DNA of 64,000 nt from Balanoglossus misakiensis (taxonomy: Eukaryota; Animalia; Hemichordata), in NCBI GenBank assembly GCA_040954595.2, contig JBECUI020000030.1, positions 248,001 through 312,000 on the forward strand, in the 5' to 3' direction. The notes below the pieces were generated by a model. The model did no database searches and had not been told where the DNA came from. It worked only from the letters and a program-made list of their open reading frames with translations. This document shows, in pieces, positions 10,636-20,415 of this stretch (its first letter is position 1; each line of letters starts with the position of its first letter). Position numbers and translations under genes: made by a program.

Positions 10636-11589
10636 CTAATTCCCTAGTAAGGTCTGTAATCTCTTCTCTTCTTCTTCCACATTCGCTATATCTATCATGA
10701 ATGCACCGGTATCAATTCGCGGATCAACTGCTTCTCCGTTTGCAGCTTTCACTGCTTCTTTTACACCGAGATATCCCATATTATAAGGACTTTGTGCAAC
10801 ACTTCCCACAAGTCTTCCAGCTTTGATAGCCTCCATACCACCGGGTGTTCCATCAAAACCAACTAGTTTTATATCACCTAGTCTGCCTGCCAAATCTACT
10901 GCTTGCAGTGCACCTAACACCATAGTATCGGAAGTAGCAAATACTGCATCAATATTGGGATGGGCTTGCAATAAATTTTCCATGACCGAAACCGATTTAT
11001 CTGTTTGTGAATCTGCCGGCTGAATATCAACAACATTAATACCGGCTGCTTCTAACTCTTGAACGGCACCATTTGTTCGTTCGTCGTGGGTAAGATCCCC
11101 AAGCGCACCTCTTACAATAGCAACATTGCGACTTCCAAGTTTCTCTGCAATGTACTTTCCTGCAATCTGCCCGGCTGCATAATTACCGGTTCCTAAAAAT
11201 GTTGTTTTTCCTTCAAGTGGGGCATCGGTATCGATAAGCAACACAGGGATTCCTTGTGCAATTGCCTTCTCAAGTACCGAAACCGTCGCTTTTGGTTGTG
11301 ATGGAGCAACAGCAAGGGCATTAACGCCTTTTGTTATTTGATCTTCGATCATTGCTGTTTGTTCCAAAATCTCAGTCTCAGCATTTGGGCCAAGAAACTC
11401 AAGATCGACATCTAGTTCTTTGGCAGCTTGTACTGCCCCGGCACGAACTATAATCCAGTGTTCATTACTCAAGCTTTTTACCACAAAGCCTATCCGTAAT
11501 TTACCACTGCTGGTACTTTCACTAGTTCCCGCAGCATATAGGCTCGTAGCCACTATAAGAATAAGTATAATATTAATAATTTTCTTCAT
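10636..11589 (-). CDS. sugar ABC substrate-binding protein (RbsB-like)
   Basis: Signal peptide YAAGTSE; LVGFDG, VAQSPYNMGY. Confidence 0.9.
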   Translation of the reverse strand: MKKIINIILILIVATSLYAAGTSESTSSGKLRIGFVVKSLSNEHWIIVRAGAVQAAKELDVDLEFLGPNAETEILEQTAMIEDQITKGVNALAVAPSQPKATVSVLEKAIAQGIPVLLIDTDAPLEGKTTFLGTGNYAAGQIAGKYIAEKLGSRNVAIVRGALGDLTHDERTNGAVQELEAAGINVVDIQPADSQTDKSVSVMENLLQAHPNIDAVFATSDTMVLGALQAVDLAGRLGDIKLVGFDGTPGGMEAIKAGRLVGSVAQSPYNMGYLGVKEAVKAANGEAVDPRIDTGAFMIDIANVEEEEKRLQTLLGN

Positions 11590-11937
11590 ATGTCCCTCCT
11601 TAATAAATGGAATATCTATAAATAGATTAAATCAAATTAAAAAATATCACAATACATTTAACCTTAATTATGTAAAAACATTTGTCTTGTAAGACAGCTC
11701 TTGCCATATTAGAGCACGGAAAAAAAGTATTCCTGATGAGGTTATTCTATGTATTAGTGGAGAAATTAATGAAAAGGAATGGGGATAAGGACATTTCAGA
11801 GATAAACTTGATAGAGCATCACGTAGTTGTTAGGGAATTATAAGCAGCTATAATACTCAGTTTTTCATAAGGTCTGAGGCGGGCACTATGGAAAAAGAAA
11901 AAATAATATCTGCTGATAACTTTTTCAGTTTGCTCCC

Positions 11938-13434
11938 CTACTGCAATCCGAGTCTGACAAATTGTTCCGGTGGACAGTCGCGTTCGATCATTGCCTGTCG
12001 CAATAGGTCCGACATTCTCTTTGCAAGCAATGTATCATTAATATTGCTGTTTTGTGCGTAATCGGTCTCGAGGTCAAACAGGTAGTCTGTCTGATCGTAC
12101 ACGCTCCGCTGCTTGAAGTTTCCCTGTGAGTTCTCAAATGAGATCGATTTTGCCGGGATGCGGTAGACCGGAAAATTGGTCCAATGCAGAAAGCGCCCCA
12201 TGTCGATGGTCTCGGAATTGTGCAGGAATCGTCCGCCGAGGTACTGTTTGAGTGTCGTCGGCATGGCTGTGTACAGGTTCAACGGACTGTTATCTTCTCT
12301 AACAGGAGCTTTGAAATAGGTGTAACGCCCGTCAAAGACGTTGATGGTCCGCCCAAAGAGTCCGTACAAGACTACATCGCGAATGGACGCCACAGACCCA
12401 TCCATGAGTGGGGCAATATCTTTACCGTGCACCGGATTCTTGAAACTTGATGGTTCAATTCCATTAAACGAGGCAATCGTTGGAAACAGGTCGATATTCT
12501 GCGTGAGTGCGTTGATTCTTCGCTCACGCTCCTGCCCGGGTTGGTGGATGAACAAGGGTATGTGGAAGACTTCGTTGTATGCCGGCATGTAGCTCTTAGC
12601 CATGAATCCATGTTCTCCGAGCATGAATCCGTGATCGGTGGTGAAGATGATCATTGTGTCTTCCCAAAGCGCAAGTTCGTCGCAGACGTCGAGCACCTTG
12701 CCCAACCACTTGTCGGTCATGGTCAGCGTTGCGGCGTATCGATTTCGGATATGTTTTTGTTCTTCCTCAGTGCCGTCAAAGGGGGCATAATCCGGCCAGA
12801 TAAACTCCTGTCCATTGTATTCATCACCATATAATTGTAGGTACTCCTCAGGTGTGTCAAAGGGCTCGTGCGGGTCAAATCCCTCAATCCAAAGCAGGTA
12901 GTTGTCCTCTTTCCCGTGGCGCTTGAGCCATTTCGCTCCTGCTTGGTAGGTCTTCGGACTTGTGAATTGTGATTCCTGCGAGAAATGGGATCGATTGTTG
13001 ACATAGAATGGTGACATGCTCCCTTTATGTTCCGGCATTTTCGCTGTGCTGGTTAGCCACTCGATATTGTCATGCTCCTGACCACGAAAACACTGCCACG
13101 TGTCAAAACTCTGGCAGTATCCCTCGCCCCCAAACTCCAGGTAATGGTAGTGGTCGGTGACCATATGAGAGCGGACAGATTGTTGCCGGAGCAGTTCAGG
13201 CAAGGAGTGATCAAAGGGCTCAATTGCTCCCCAACACCGCTCTAACATTCCAATTCGTCCGGTGAGCATGTCTCGCCGCGCCGGCATGCAGGGTGCTGAC
13301 CCTGTCCAATGGTTGTCGAAGACACAGGAGATTCGTTGGAGACGCTCCAGGTTGGGTGTGTGGATATTGGCGTTTCCGTAGGCACTTAAGTACCTGCGGT
13401 TCACGCTATCTGCAAGTAATACAATTGTTTTCAT
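11938..13434 (-). CDS. Cys-type sulfatase
   Basis: CMPARRDMLTG (CxPxR), FDPHEPF, TTDHG. Confidence 0.9.
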   Translation of the reverse strand: MKTIVLLADSVNRRYLSAYGNANIHTPNLERLQRISCVFDNHWTGSAPCMPARRDMLTGRIGMLERCWGAIEPFDHSLPELLRQQSVRSHMVTDHYHYLEFGGEGYCQSFDTWQCFRGQEHDNIEWLTSTAKMPEHKGSMSPFYVNNRSHFSQESQFTSPKTYQAGAKWLKRHGKEDNYLLWIEGFDPHEPFDTPEEYLQLYGDEYNGQEFIWPDYAPFDGTEEEQKHIRNRYAATLTMTDKWLGKVLDVCDELALWEDTMIIFTTDHGFMLGEHGFMAKSYMPAYNEVFHIPLFIHQPGQERERRINALTQNIDLFPTIASFNGIEPSSFKNPVHGKDIAPLMDGSVASIRDVVLYGLFGRTINVFDGRYTYFKAPVREDNSPLNLYTAMPTTLKQYLGGRFLHNSETIDMGRFLHWTNFPVYRIPAKSISFENSQGNFKQRSVYDQTDYLFDLETDYAQNSNINDTLLAKRMSDLLRQAMIERDCPPEQFVRLGLQ

Positions 13435-13563
13435 TCTTCCTCCGTTTTACGCGACCGCGTAGTGTAGCAAAAAAATTGAAATATTTGTTGAAGACCCAAT
13501 CGGGCAGTTGCCATGCATGATATTTCAAACGCTGCCCCTCAGACCAATATGCTCGTTTCGCTA

Positions 13564-15084
13564 TCATGTATTTATCTCCGCGGATGTAGCCGATTGGTCG
13601 GAATTTTTTACTTGTCTCAATGTGAACCACAGAGATCCTGCGATCAGCAGGACATTGATGCCTATCAAGACTGCAGAAACAGGTCTTTGCAGGAAGATCA
13701 ACAGCCCCTCGTCTGATAGCAGAAGAGAACGGCGCAGATTATTTTCGAGAATCGGACCAAGAATTGCCCCAATTACGATGGGAACAAGCGGATACTTGGC
13801 AATGCGAAACAGGATTCCAATTAGGCCAAAGCCAAGCATTGCCCAGAGATCAAAGACAGATGCCTGTAGTGCAAAAGTCCCAATAGCACACATCAAGAGT
13901 ACTGTGGGAATTAGATATGACTTTCGTAAGCGAAGTACGAAAATGAACAAGGGTGTTGCAAGAATGCCGATGACAAGCATCATGAGGTTGGATGTGAGGT
14001 ACACCAGAAAGATACCGCCAACGATTTCGGGATGATATTCAAAAAGAGTTGGCCCCGGAAAGAACCCAAGAATCAGGAGTGCTCCAATCAAGACAGCAGA
14101 AGAGGCATCGCCGGGTATACCCAAGGCCAGCGAAGGTATCAACGTACCGCCAACACAGGCGTTGTTTGCGGATTCTGTCGCTACTACCCCGCCCTCTGCT
14201 CCTTCCCCATAGCCCTCTTCCGGTTTCGAAAATGCTTTCGCAGCGGCGTACGCGCTGAATGCACTAATTGTTCCACCTGCCCCAGGCAGCGACCCGAAGA
14301 ATGCACCAATGCCAGAAGATCGAATCAGATTCTTCCAATGGCGCAAGGTTAGCCCTATCGATCTGAAACTTGCTCGGAAGAGTTTTATGTTCGGTTTTGT
14401 GTTCAAGTCCTGTCCCATTATCTGGAAAGACATCTCCGAGATGGCGAACAGACCAACCACGATCGCCACAATGTGGAATCCGTTGTATAGGTTGTAGTTA
14501 CCAAACGTGAATCGAAACCCAGTCGAGAAGGCGTCTGTGCCGATGGTAGCGATGAGGAGCCCGAAACACCCGGAAAGCAATCCTTTTATCAACGAGCCTT
14601 TTGAGATGACCGCTATTGAGATTAGCCCGGTAATTGCGAGAGCCGCGTACTCTGGTGGAGCAAAACTGCTAGCGAATTTTGCTAGCAGCGGTGCAAACAG
14701 AATCAGCACCACTCCTCCAATGAGTCCTCCAAGCGATGAAGCCGAAATTGCGATGCCCACAGCATCGGCGGCTCGACCTTGTTGTGCCATTGGATACCCG
14801 TCCAACAGCGTTGCCGCTGCCAAAGGCGTACCCGGAATGCGTAGCAGAATCGCCGAGATTGCACCTCCGCAAGATCCGCCCACAAATATAGCTATCAGGA
14901 ATCCCATTGCTGCAACCGGCGGTTGGGTTACCGCCAACGGCAACATCAAGATGATCCCCAACAAGGGACCCAAACCGGGCAGTGCACCAATTATGAGCCC
15001 AAACAGTACACCAAGAAATGTGAGTCCGAGTGATAGTGGTGAGATGAACAATGAAAATCCGGCACCAAGCGATTCTAACAGCAT
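13564..15084 (-). CDS. tctA: tripartite tricarboxylate transporter large subunit
   Basis: GALPGLG, AILLRIPGTP, ESANNA, LGIPGD. Confidence 0.93.
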   Translation of the reverse strand: MLLESLGAGFSLFISPLSLGLTFLGVLFGLIIGALPGLGPLLGIILMLPLAVTQPPVAAMGFLIAIFVGGSCGGAISAILLRIPGTPLAAATLLDGYPMAQQGRAADAVGIAISASSLGGLIGGVVLILFAPLLAKFASSFAPPEYAALAITGLISIAVISKGSLIKGLLSGCFGLLIATIGTDAFSTGFRFTFGNYNLYNGFHIVAIVVGLFAISEMSFQIMGQDLNTKPNIKLFRASFRSIGLTLRHWKNLIRSSGIGAFFGSLPGAGGTISAFSAYAAAKAFSKPEEGYGEGAEGGVVATESANNACVGGTLIPSLALGIPGDASSAVLIGALLILGFFPGPTLFEYHPEIVGGIFLVYLTSNLMMLVIGILATPLFIFVLRLRKSYLIPTVLLMCAIGTFALQASVFDLWAMLGFGLIGILFRIAKYPLVPIVIGAILGPILENNLRRSLLLSDEGLLIFLQRPVSAVLIGINVLLIAGSLWFTLRQVKNSDQSATSAEINT

Positions 15085-15098
15085 CTTTCTTTTGTCTC

Positions 15099-15623
15099 CT
15101 ACCAAGGGATGTTAAGCCTGAATATTCCACCAGGTAAAACAACTTTCAGTAGTACCTCAAACATAAAGGCAAACACCAACGAGATAGCTATCCCAGATAG
15201 GATGATTTGGAGATGTTTCCGCACTCCACAGACCAGCAAGATCGCTATCACCATCAGTGGGGTCGAGATATGATAGCCAAGTGTCTCGAGTCCCCACAGA
15301 TAAGCCGCGTATATCGCAAGAAGGAGCATGGGGCATCGTAGCTGAGTCATTGATGCTCCCTCGTTTTCCTCATTGAGCAGAGTCCGTGCAAGGGACTTCG
15401 TCCGTCTGACATGCAAGATAGCAAATCGCAACCCAAAATGAATGGCTAACAGACACCCAATGATGATTGCAACTGTTCTCGGATAGGCTGCTGCGTCATT
15501 GTACGGCCCTCCAGACGTGATTCCAGCCTGCGTCATATCGGTGAGAACTTGTTGAAAAACCACGGCGATGACTCCACCAAAGAAAAGTACCACCAGCCAT
15601 TCTGCATGTTTACGACGAATCAT
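15099..15623 (-). CDS. tctB: tripartite tricarboxylate transporter small subunit
   Basis: About 4 TM helices, AAAYPR, C-terminal LKVVLPGG; upstream of tctA. Confidence 0.8.
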   Translation of the reverse strand: MIRRKHAEWLVVLFFGGVIAVVFQQVLTDMTQAGITSGGPYNDAAAYPRTVAIIIGCLLAIHFGLRFAILHVRRTKSLARTLLNEENEGASMTQLRCPMLLLAIYAAYLWGLETLGYHISTPLMVIAILLVCGVRKHLQIILSGIAISLVFAFMFEVLLKVVLPGGIFRLNIPW

Positions 15624-15647
15624 TCGCGTCTGCTCACTGGGATAGGA

Positions 15648-15925
15648 CTACTGGAGCTTTGCCAACTCTTCTTGTTCCCATTTGAGTGCGTTGCCCATGG
15701 ATACAAGCTGGTCATGAACTGAACCCACGATACTCTCGTATTCTTCGGGTCCCCATTCGAGTGGCACAAAGCCAAGTCTTGCAATGGCGGTCTTTACATC
15801 CTCGCGGGCCATCGCTTTCCCCATGGCTTCTCGCAGAATCTCAGTTTGTTCCGCAGGTGTATCTTTGCGAAGCAGCCACCATGTCCATCCCATTGGTCCC
15901 AGATTAGAGAGTCCGAGATCGATAT
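15648..15925 (-). pseudogene. tctC: C-terminal remnant of TctC binding protein
   Basis: Only ~90 codons (WWLLRKDTPAEQTEILREAM...); N-terminus replaced by unrelated sequence. Confidence 0.7.
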
Positions 15926-16103
15926 CAATCGCTGAGAAAAGCAGTTGTCTTAATGCTGAATCAAAGCCATAAAGACAGATAACTTGTTCAAAGGTTGCCA
16001 CACTGAGATGTCTATGATATAATATAAGTGAAAATAGGTCTTTACAATAGTTTGATATACTTTCTTATGATGCATAACAATATAAGATAAGGGGAATAGT
16101 CTT

Positions 16104-17312
16104 ATGAAACAAGAAAACAAAAGAGATTTTAAAGCGTATGTAGTAGGTACCTATGACACCAAAGGTGTAGAGTTAGGTTTTGTAAAGCAATGCTTGGAAA
16201 AACAAGGACTCTTAGCTGTTAGTGTCGATGTGAGTACAAGAAAACCATTAGAAAACGCAGCAAAAGCAGATGTTTTAGCTGAAACTGTTTTCCCTGCCGT
16301 GTACAGCACTGTTTTCTCTTCACGTGGAGATGCCATTTCCAAAATGGGTAAGGCATTAAAAGACTATCTCTTAAAACAAGACGATGTTGGTGGGGTTATT
16401 GCTCTTGGAGGTTCCGGAGGCACCAGTTTGGTTTCTAGTGCCATGCAATCTTTACCAGTGGGCGTACCTAGAATTATCGTTTCTACAATGGCCTCTGGTG
16501 ATGTCCGTCCCTATATTGGTGCGAATGATATTTATATGGTTTATTCTATTATAGATATTAAAGGTCTCAACACCATATCAAACACCATTTTAAGTAATGC
16601 TGCGCATGCCTTAGGAGGCATGATTAAAAACCGCCCACCTGAATATAAAAGCGTATATCCTTGTGTTGGTCTTACTATGTTTGGAGTTACTACCCCTTGT
16701 GTAGATGCGCTAGTAAAAACATTAGAAGGAAAGTATGAATCTCTGGTATTTCATGCCACGGGTGTCGGTGGACAGAGTATGGAAAAATTAATCGACTCTG
16801 GCTATATTAAATGTGTCATTGACGCCACTACTACAGAAATTGCAGACCATTTGATGGGTGGTGTGCTATCTGCTGGAGAAGATAGATTGGGATCAATTAT
16901 TAGAACTCAGGTTCCATATATCGGTTCTGTTGGAGCTTTAGATATGGTTAACTTTGGAGGAATAGAGACCGTCCCTAAAGAGTTTAAGGAAAGAAATCTT
17001 TACGTCCATAATGAACAAGTTACTTTAATGCGAACAACGGTTGAAGAAAATTTTCTAATGGGAAAATGGATAGCTGATAAACTAAATAAAATGGAAGGTG
17101 AAGTTCGTTTCTTAATTCCTGAAAAAGGAATTTCTGCAATTGATGTTGAAGGACAAGCATTTTATGATCCTGAGGCTGATAAAGCCTTATTTGATACACT
17201 TCAAGCAAATGTAAAGCAAAACGAAAAACGAAAGATTATTTCATATCCGTATGCCATCAATGACCAAGAATTTTCTGATGCTATTATTAAACATTTCTAT
17301 GAAATAAATTAA
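16104..17312 (+). CDS. Tm-1-like ATP-binding domain protein (UPF0261)
   Basis: GTYDTKGVE, GGSGGT, TMFGVTTPCV, FHATGVGG, GALDMVNFG. Confidence 0.9.
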   Translation: MKQENKRDFKAYVVGTYDTKGVELGFVKQCLEKQGLLAVSVDVSTRKPLENAAKADVLAETVFPAVYSTVFSSRGDAISKMGKALKDYLLKQDDVGGVIALGGSGGTSLVSSAMQSLPVGVPRIIVSTMASGDVRPYIGANDIYMVYSIIDIKGLNTISNTILSNAAHALGGMIKNRPPEYKSVYPCVGLTMFGVTTPCVDALVKTLEGKYESLVFHATGVGGQSMEKLIDSGYIKCVIDATTTEIADHLMGGVLSAGEDRLGSIIRTQVPYIGSVGALDMVNFGGIETVPKEFKERNLYVHNEQVTLMRTTVEENFLMGKWIADKLNKMEGEVRFLIPEKGISAIDVEGQAFYDPEADKALFDTLQANVKQNEKRKIISYPYAINDQEFSDAIIKHFYEIN

Positions 17313-17339
17313 TCAGCATTACAACAAGGAGCATTTAGT

Positions 17340-18161
17340 ATGAACAAAACAGAAATTGTAAAAAAACTAAATCAAATGATTAAGGATAATATACCAATCA
17401 TTGGAGGCGGAGCTGGTACAGGCTTATCTGCTAAATGTGAAGAGAACGGGGGAATCGACTTGATTGTTATTTACAATTCTGGTCGCTATCGTATGGCAGG
17501 TCGAGGCTCTTTATCTGGATTATTGGCGTATGGAAACGCAAATGATATTGTAAAAGATATGGCAAAAGAAGTGATTCCTGTATTAAAACACACACCAGTA
17601 TTGGCGGGTGTGAATGGAACAGATCCCTTCGTTAATTTTGAACACTTTTTTAAGCAGTTAACAGCTTTAGGATTTGTTGGTGTACAAAATTTCCCTACGG
17701 TAGGATTGATAGATGGTGTGTTTAGGCAAAATCTTGAAGAAACAGGAATGGGCTACGATAAAGAAGTTGAGATGATAGCACTTGCTAGCAAACATGGATT
17801 TTTAACAACTCCATATGTTTTTAGTAGTGAGGATGCTATTGAAATGACCAAAGCTGGTGCGGATATTATTGTTTGTCATATGGGCTTAACTACTGCTGGA
17901 GCTATAGGTGCAAAAACAGCAAAAACGCTTGATCAATGTGTTGAGTTGATAGACAAGTGGGCAGAAGCTGCTAGAAACATTAGAGAAGATCTTATTGTAC
18001 TGTGTCATGGAGGTCCTATTGCTATGCCGGAAGACGCTAGGTATGTTCTACAGAATTGTAAAAACATCAATGGCTTTTATGGTGCAAGTAGTATGGAGCG
18101 TTTGCCTACAGAGGTAGCAATTAAAAGCCAGATTGAAGACTTCAAAAAAATTAAATTTTGA
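17340..18161 (+). CDS. PEP-hydrolase-like TIM-barrel protein (Tm-1 partner)
   Basis: [37 protein letters not shown]. Confidence 0.9.
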   Translation: MNKTEIVKKLNQMIKDNIPIIGGGAGTGLSAKCEENGGIDLIVIYNSGRYRMAGRGSLSGLLAYGNANDIVKDMAKEVIPVLKHTPVLAGVNGTDPFVNFEHFFKQLTALGFVGVQNFPTVGLIDGVFRQNLEETGMGYDKEVEMIALASKHGFLTTPYVFSSEDAIEMTKAGADIIVCHMGLTTAGAIGAKTAKTLDQCVELIDKWAEAARNIREDLIVLCHGGPIAMPEDARYVLQNCKNINGFYGASSMERLPTEVAIKSQIEDFKKIKF

Positions 18162-18224
18162 TGTAAGTTTGGAAATAATCACCCTTGTAATATACAATGT
18201 TAGTATCGAAAGTTTAGAGGTAGC

Positions 18225-18348
18225 AAAGCATGAAGAAAACTACGGCAAGTTGCCGGGGATAGAAGACGGCGTGCTGGGAATGCGGTTTATCGAACGAGCC
18301 ATTGAGAGTCCGGGGGAAAGAGTAGCTGGGTTTCGTTTTCATGTCTAG
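18225..18348 (+). pseudogene. isolated 3' end of a Gfo/Idh/MocA gene
   Basis: LPGIEDGVLGMRFIERA matches LPGIEDGVLGMRFVDRA at the end of the 4160-5280 gene. Confidence 0.75.
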
Positions 18349-18384
18349 GCTCATACAGAGATATTAAATAGGGAGCGTGTAATT

Positions 18385-19251
18385 ATGGAATATTTGACTT
18401 TATATAATGGTTCAAGAATGCCGCAGCTTGGTTTCGGCGTTGGTGCAATTAATACATTTGGGGACAGCTCGGATTCTGTTACCGCAGTAATTGACAGAGC
18501 GATAGAAGTGGGGTATCGACATTTTGATACAGCCTCTATATACAATACGGAAGGGAACGTTGGAGCGGCCATAGCACGGAGTGGGATTGATCGGAGCGAG
18601 TTTTTTATTACTTCAAAACTATGGTTTGATGATTTCGGTAATGTGTTAGAAGCGGCTAAAAAGAGTTTGAAGAATCTACAAACAGATTACCTCGATTTAT
18701 ATTTGATGCATTGGCCGATTCGGGAACGTTTTTTGGATGCGTGGAAAGCGATGGAACAGTTATACGAGCAGGGGCTGGTCAAAGCCATTGGGGGCAGTAA
18801 TTTTTTTATGAAACATATGGACCAGGTATATGCCAATGGAAACATAAAACCTATGGTGAACCAAATAGAAGTTACGCCCTATTATACCCAAAAAGAGATG
18901 CGGGATTTTTGTAATCAAGAGAAAATAGTTGTTACCGCATGGGGTCCCTTAGGGACAGGCAATTGGAACTCTGTCCCCTCCGATAGGAAACCATTGTATT
19001 CTCCGGTAGTACTCGATATGGCGAAGAAGTATAATAAAACAGCAGCTCAGATTATTTTACGCTGGGGAATAGATGCGGGAATTAGCCTAATACCCAAGTC
19101 ACAGAATGAAGCGAGAATGCGTGAAAATATTGATCTGTTTAATTTTACATTGCCCGCGGAGGATAGAAAAAAAATAGAGCTGGAGAATATGAATTTTTCT
19201 ATCGGCATCACCTACGCAGCTGGCAATCAAGACATGCTGGCAAGAATTTGA
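18385..19251 (+). CDS. aldo/keto reductase
   Basis: GYRHFDTASIY, TSKLW, DLYLMHWP, IPKS. Confidence 0.92.
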   Translation: MEYLTLYNGSRMPQLGFGVGAINTFGDSSDSVTAVIDRAIEVGYRHFDTASIYNTEGNVGAAIARSGIDRSEFFITSKLWFDDFGNVLEAAKKSLKNLQTDYLDLYLMHWPIRERFLDAWKAMEQLYEQGLVKAIGGSNFFMKHMDQVYANGNIKPMVNQIEVTPYYTQKEMRDFCNQEKIVVTAWGPLGTGNWNSVPSDRKPLYSPVVLDMAKKYNKTAAQIILRWGIDAGISLIPKSQNEARMRENIDLFNFTLPAEDRKKIELENMNFSIGITYAAGNQDMLARI

Positions 19252-19451
19252 AATACAAAAGGGCGGGGAATCTCAAAAAACGTGTGCTAACACGATATTC
19301 TAAATGGCATAAGCGACTACCGCAAGGATCTGACTCTAATTACAGGCATATAGACCGACTTTATATTTCTTCTTCCTACAAGTGTTATACATTATATAAT
19401 GCTTCTATAGTATTTCTTGTTCTCCTCTGGAATATTTATTTTATAAGATAA

Positions 19452-19528
19452 TTGACAAGTTTGCATTTCTGTTCTATTATATTTATGTATTTTATTATAT
19501 GATATTGGATATGTTTACATTAATGTAA
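19452..19528 (+). promoter_or_regulatory. promoter and operator of the mannosidase/ABC operon
   Basis: TTGACA-17-TATTAT (19452-19480); perfect palindrome TTACATTAATGTAA (19515-19528). Confidence 0.65.
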
Positions 19529-19539
19529 TGTTGTAAAGA

Positions 19540-20415
19540 ATGGAAAGTATAATACGAAAAAAGATTATTTTGTTCTTTGTACCCGGATTAATATTGTTTG
19601 CAATATTTTATTTGGGGCCTGTGTTATTGACCTTTACGTATTCTTTTACAGACAAGGCGCTTACTGGAACTAAATCTCAGGGGTTTAATTTTGTAGGGGT
19701 CGCGAATTTCATTCAAATGTATCAGGATCCTCGATTTTCAAACTCGGTTTGGAAAACTATTTCTTTTTTGGTTTTTTCCGGGATTATAGGGCAACAAGTA
19801 TTAGGCATGTTATTAGCTCTTATGAAAAGAGGAAGGGAAGAGTTTTTAATCGACTTCTTGGCATGGCAGTTCTTATTCCATGGATCATGCCTGAGGTTGT
19901 GGCAGGGTTTTCTTTGTATGCATTTTTGGGTGATTTTGGCACTCTGAATACAATATTAGATTTGTTGTTAGGCACGAAAGTAGCATGGCTGTTGATAAGC
20001 CCTATGCTGGCAATTATAGTGGCAAATATATGGCGTGGAACGGCATTTTCTATGATGGTGTTTACTTCTGCTTTAGATGGCGTTCCCAAGGAAGTAGAAG
20101 AATCTGCGGAGATGGAAGGGTGCGACCCCTTAAGAAAACTCTTCTATATTATTATTCCTATTATCAAGGAAACGATTCTTACAAATACAATACTGGTTAT
20201 CTTTCAAACCCTAGGGGCATTTGGTATTATTTTTATGCTTACAGGAGGTGGTCCCAGTGGAGCCACGCAGACACTTCCCATATTCATGTATGATCAGGCC
20301 TTTATAAGATATCAAATTGGATACGGAACGGCAATTTCTTGTGTTCTGCTGGCCATTGGTATCATTATTAGTCTTGGATATATTTCCTTCGAGAAAAAAG
20401 GGTGTGAGTACATGA
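19540..20415 (+). CDS. carbohydrate ABC permease (MalF-like), frameshifted
   Basis: Split over ORFs 19540-19947 and 19749-; PWIMP, EESAEMEG (EAA loop), LTGGGP. Confidence 0.8.

Noticed and set aside
11700-11935. Possible decayed regulator or nuclease gene upstream of the SBP
   Set aside because: Frames are interrupted by stops and contain no convincing motif
13406-13630. Small ORF and 9-bp inverted repeat between tctA and the sulfatase
   Set aside because: Overlaps both neighbours and matches no family or RNA motif I recognise
7704-15115. Long plus-strand ORFs (7704-8471, 8517-9086, 13508-14035, 14507-15115)
   Set aside because: Antisense shadows of membrane-protein genes
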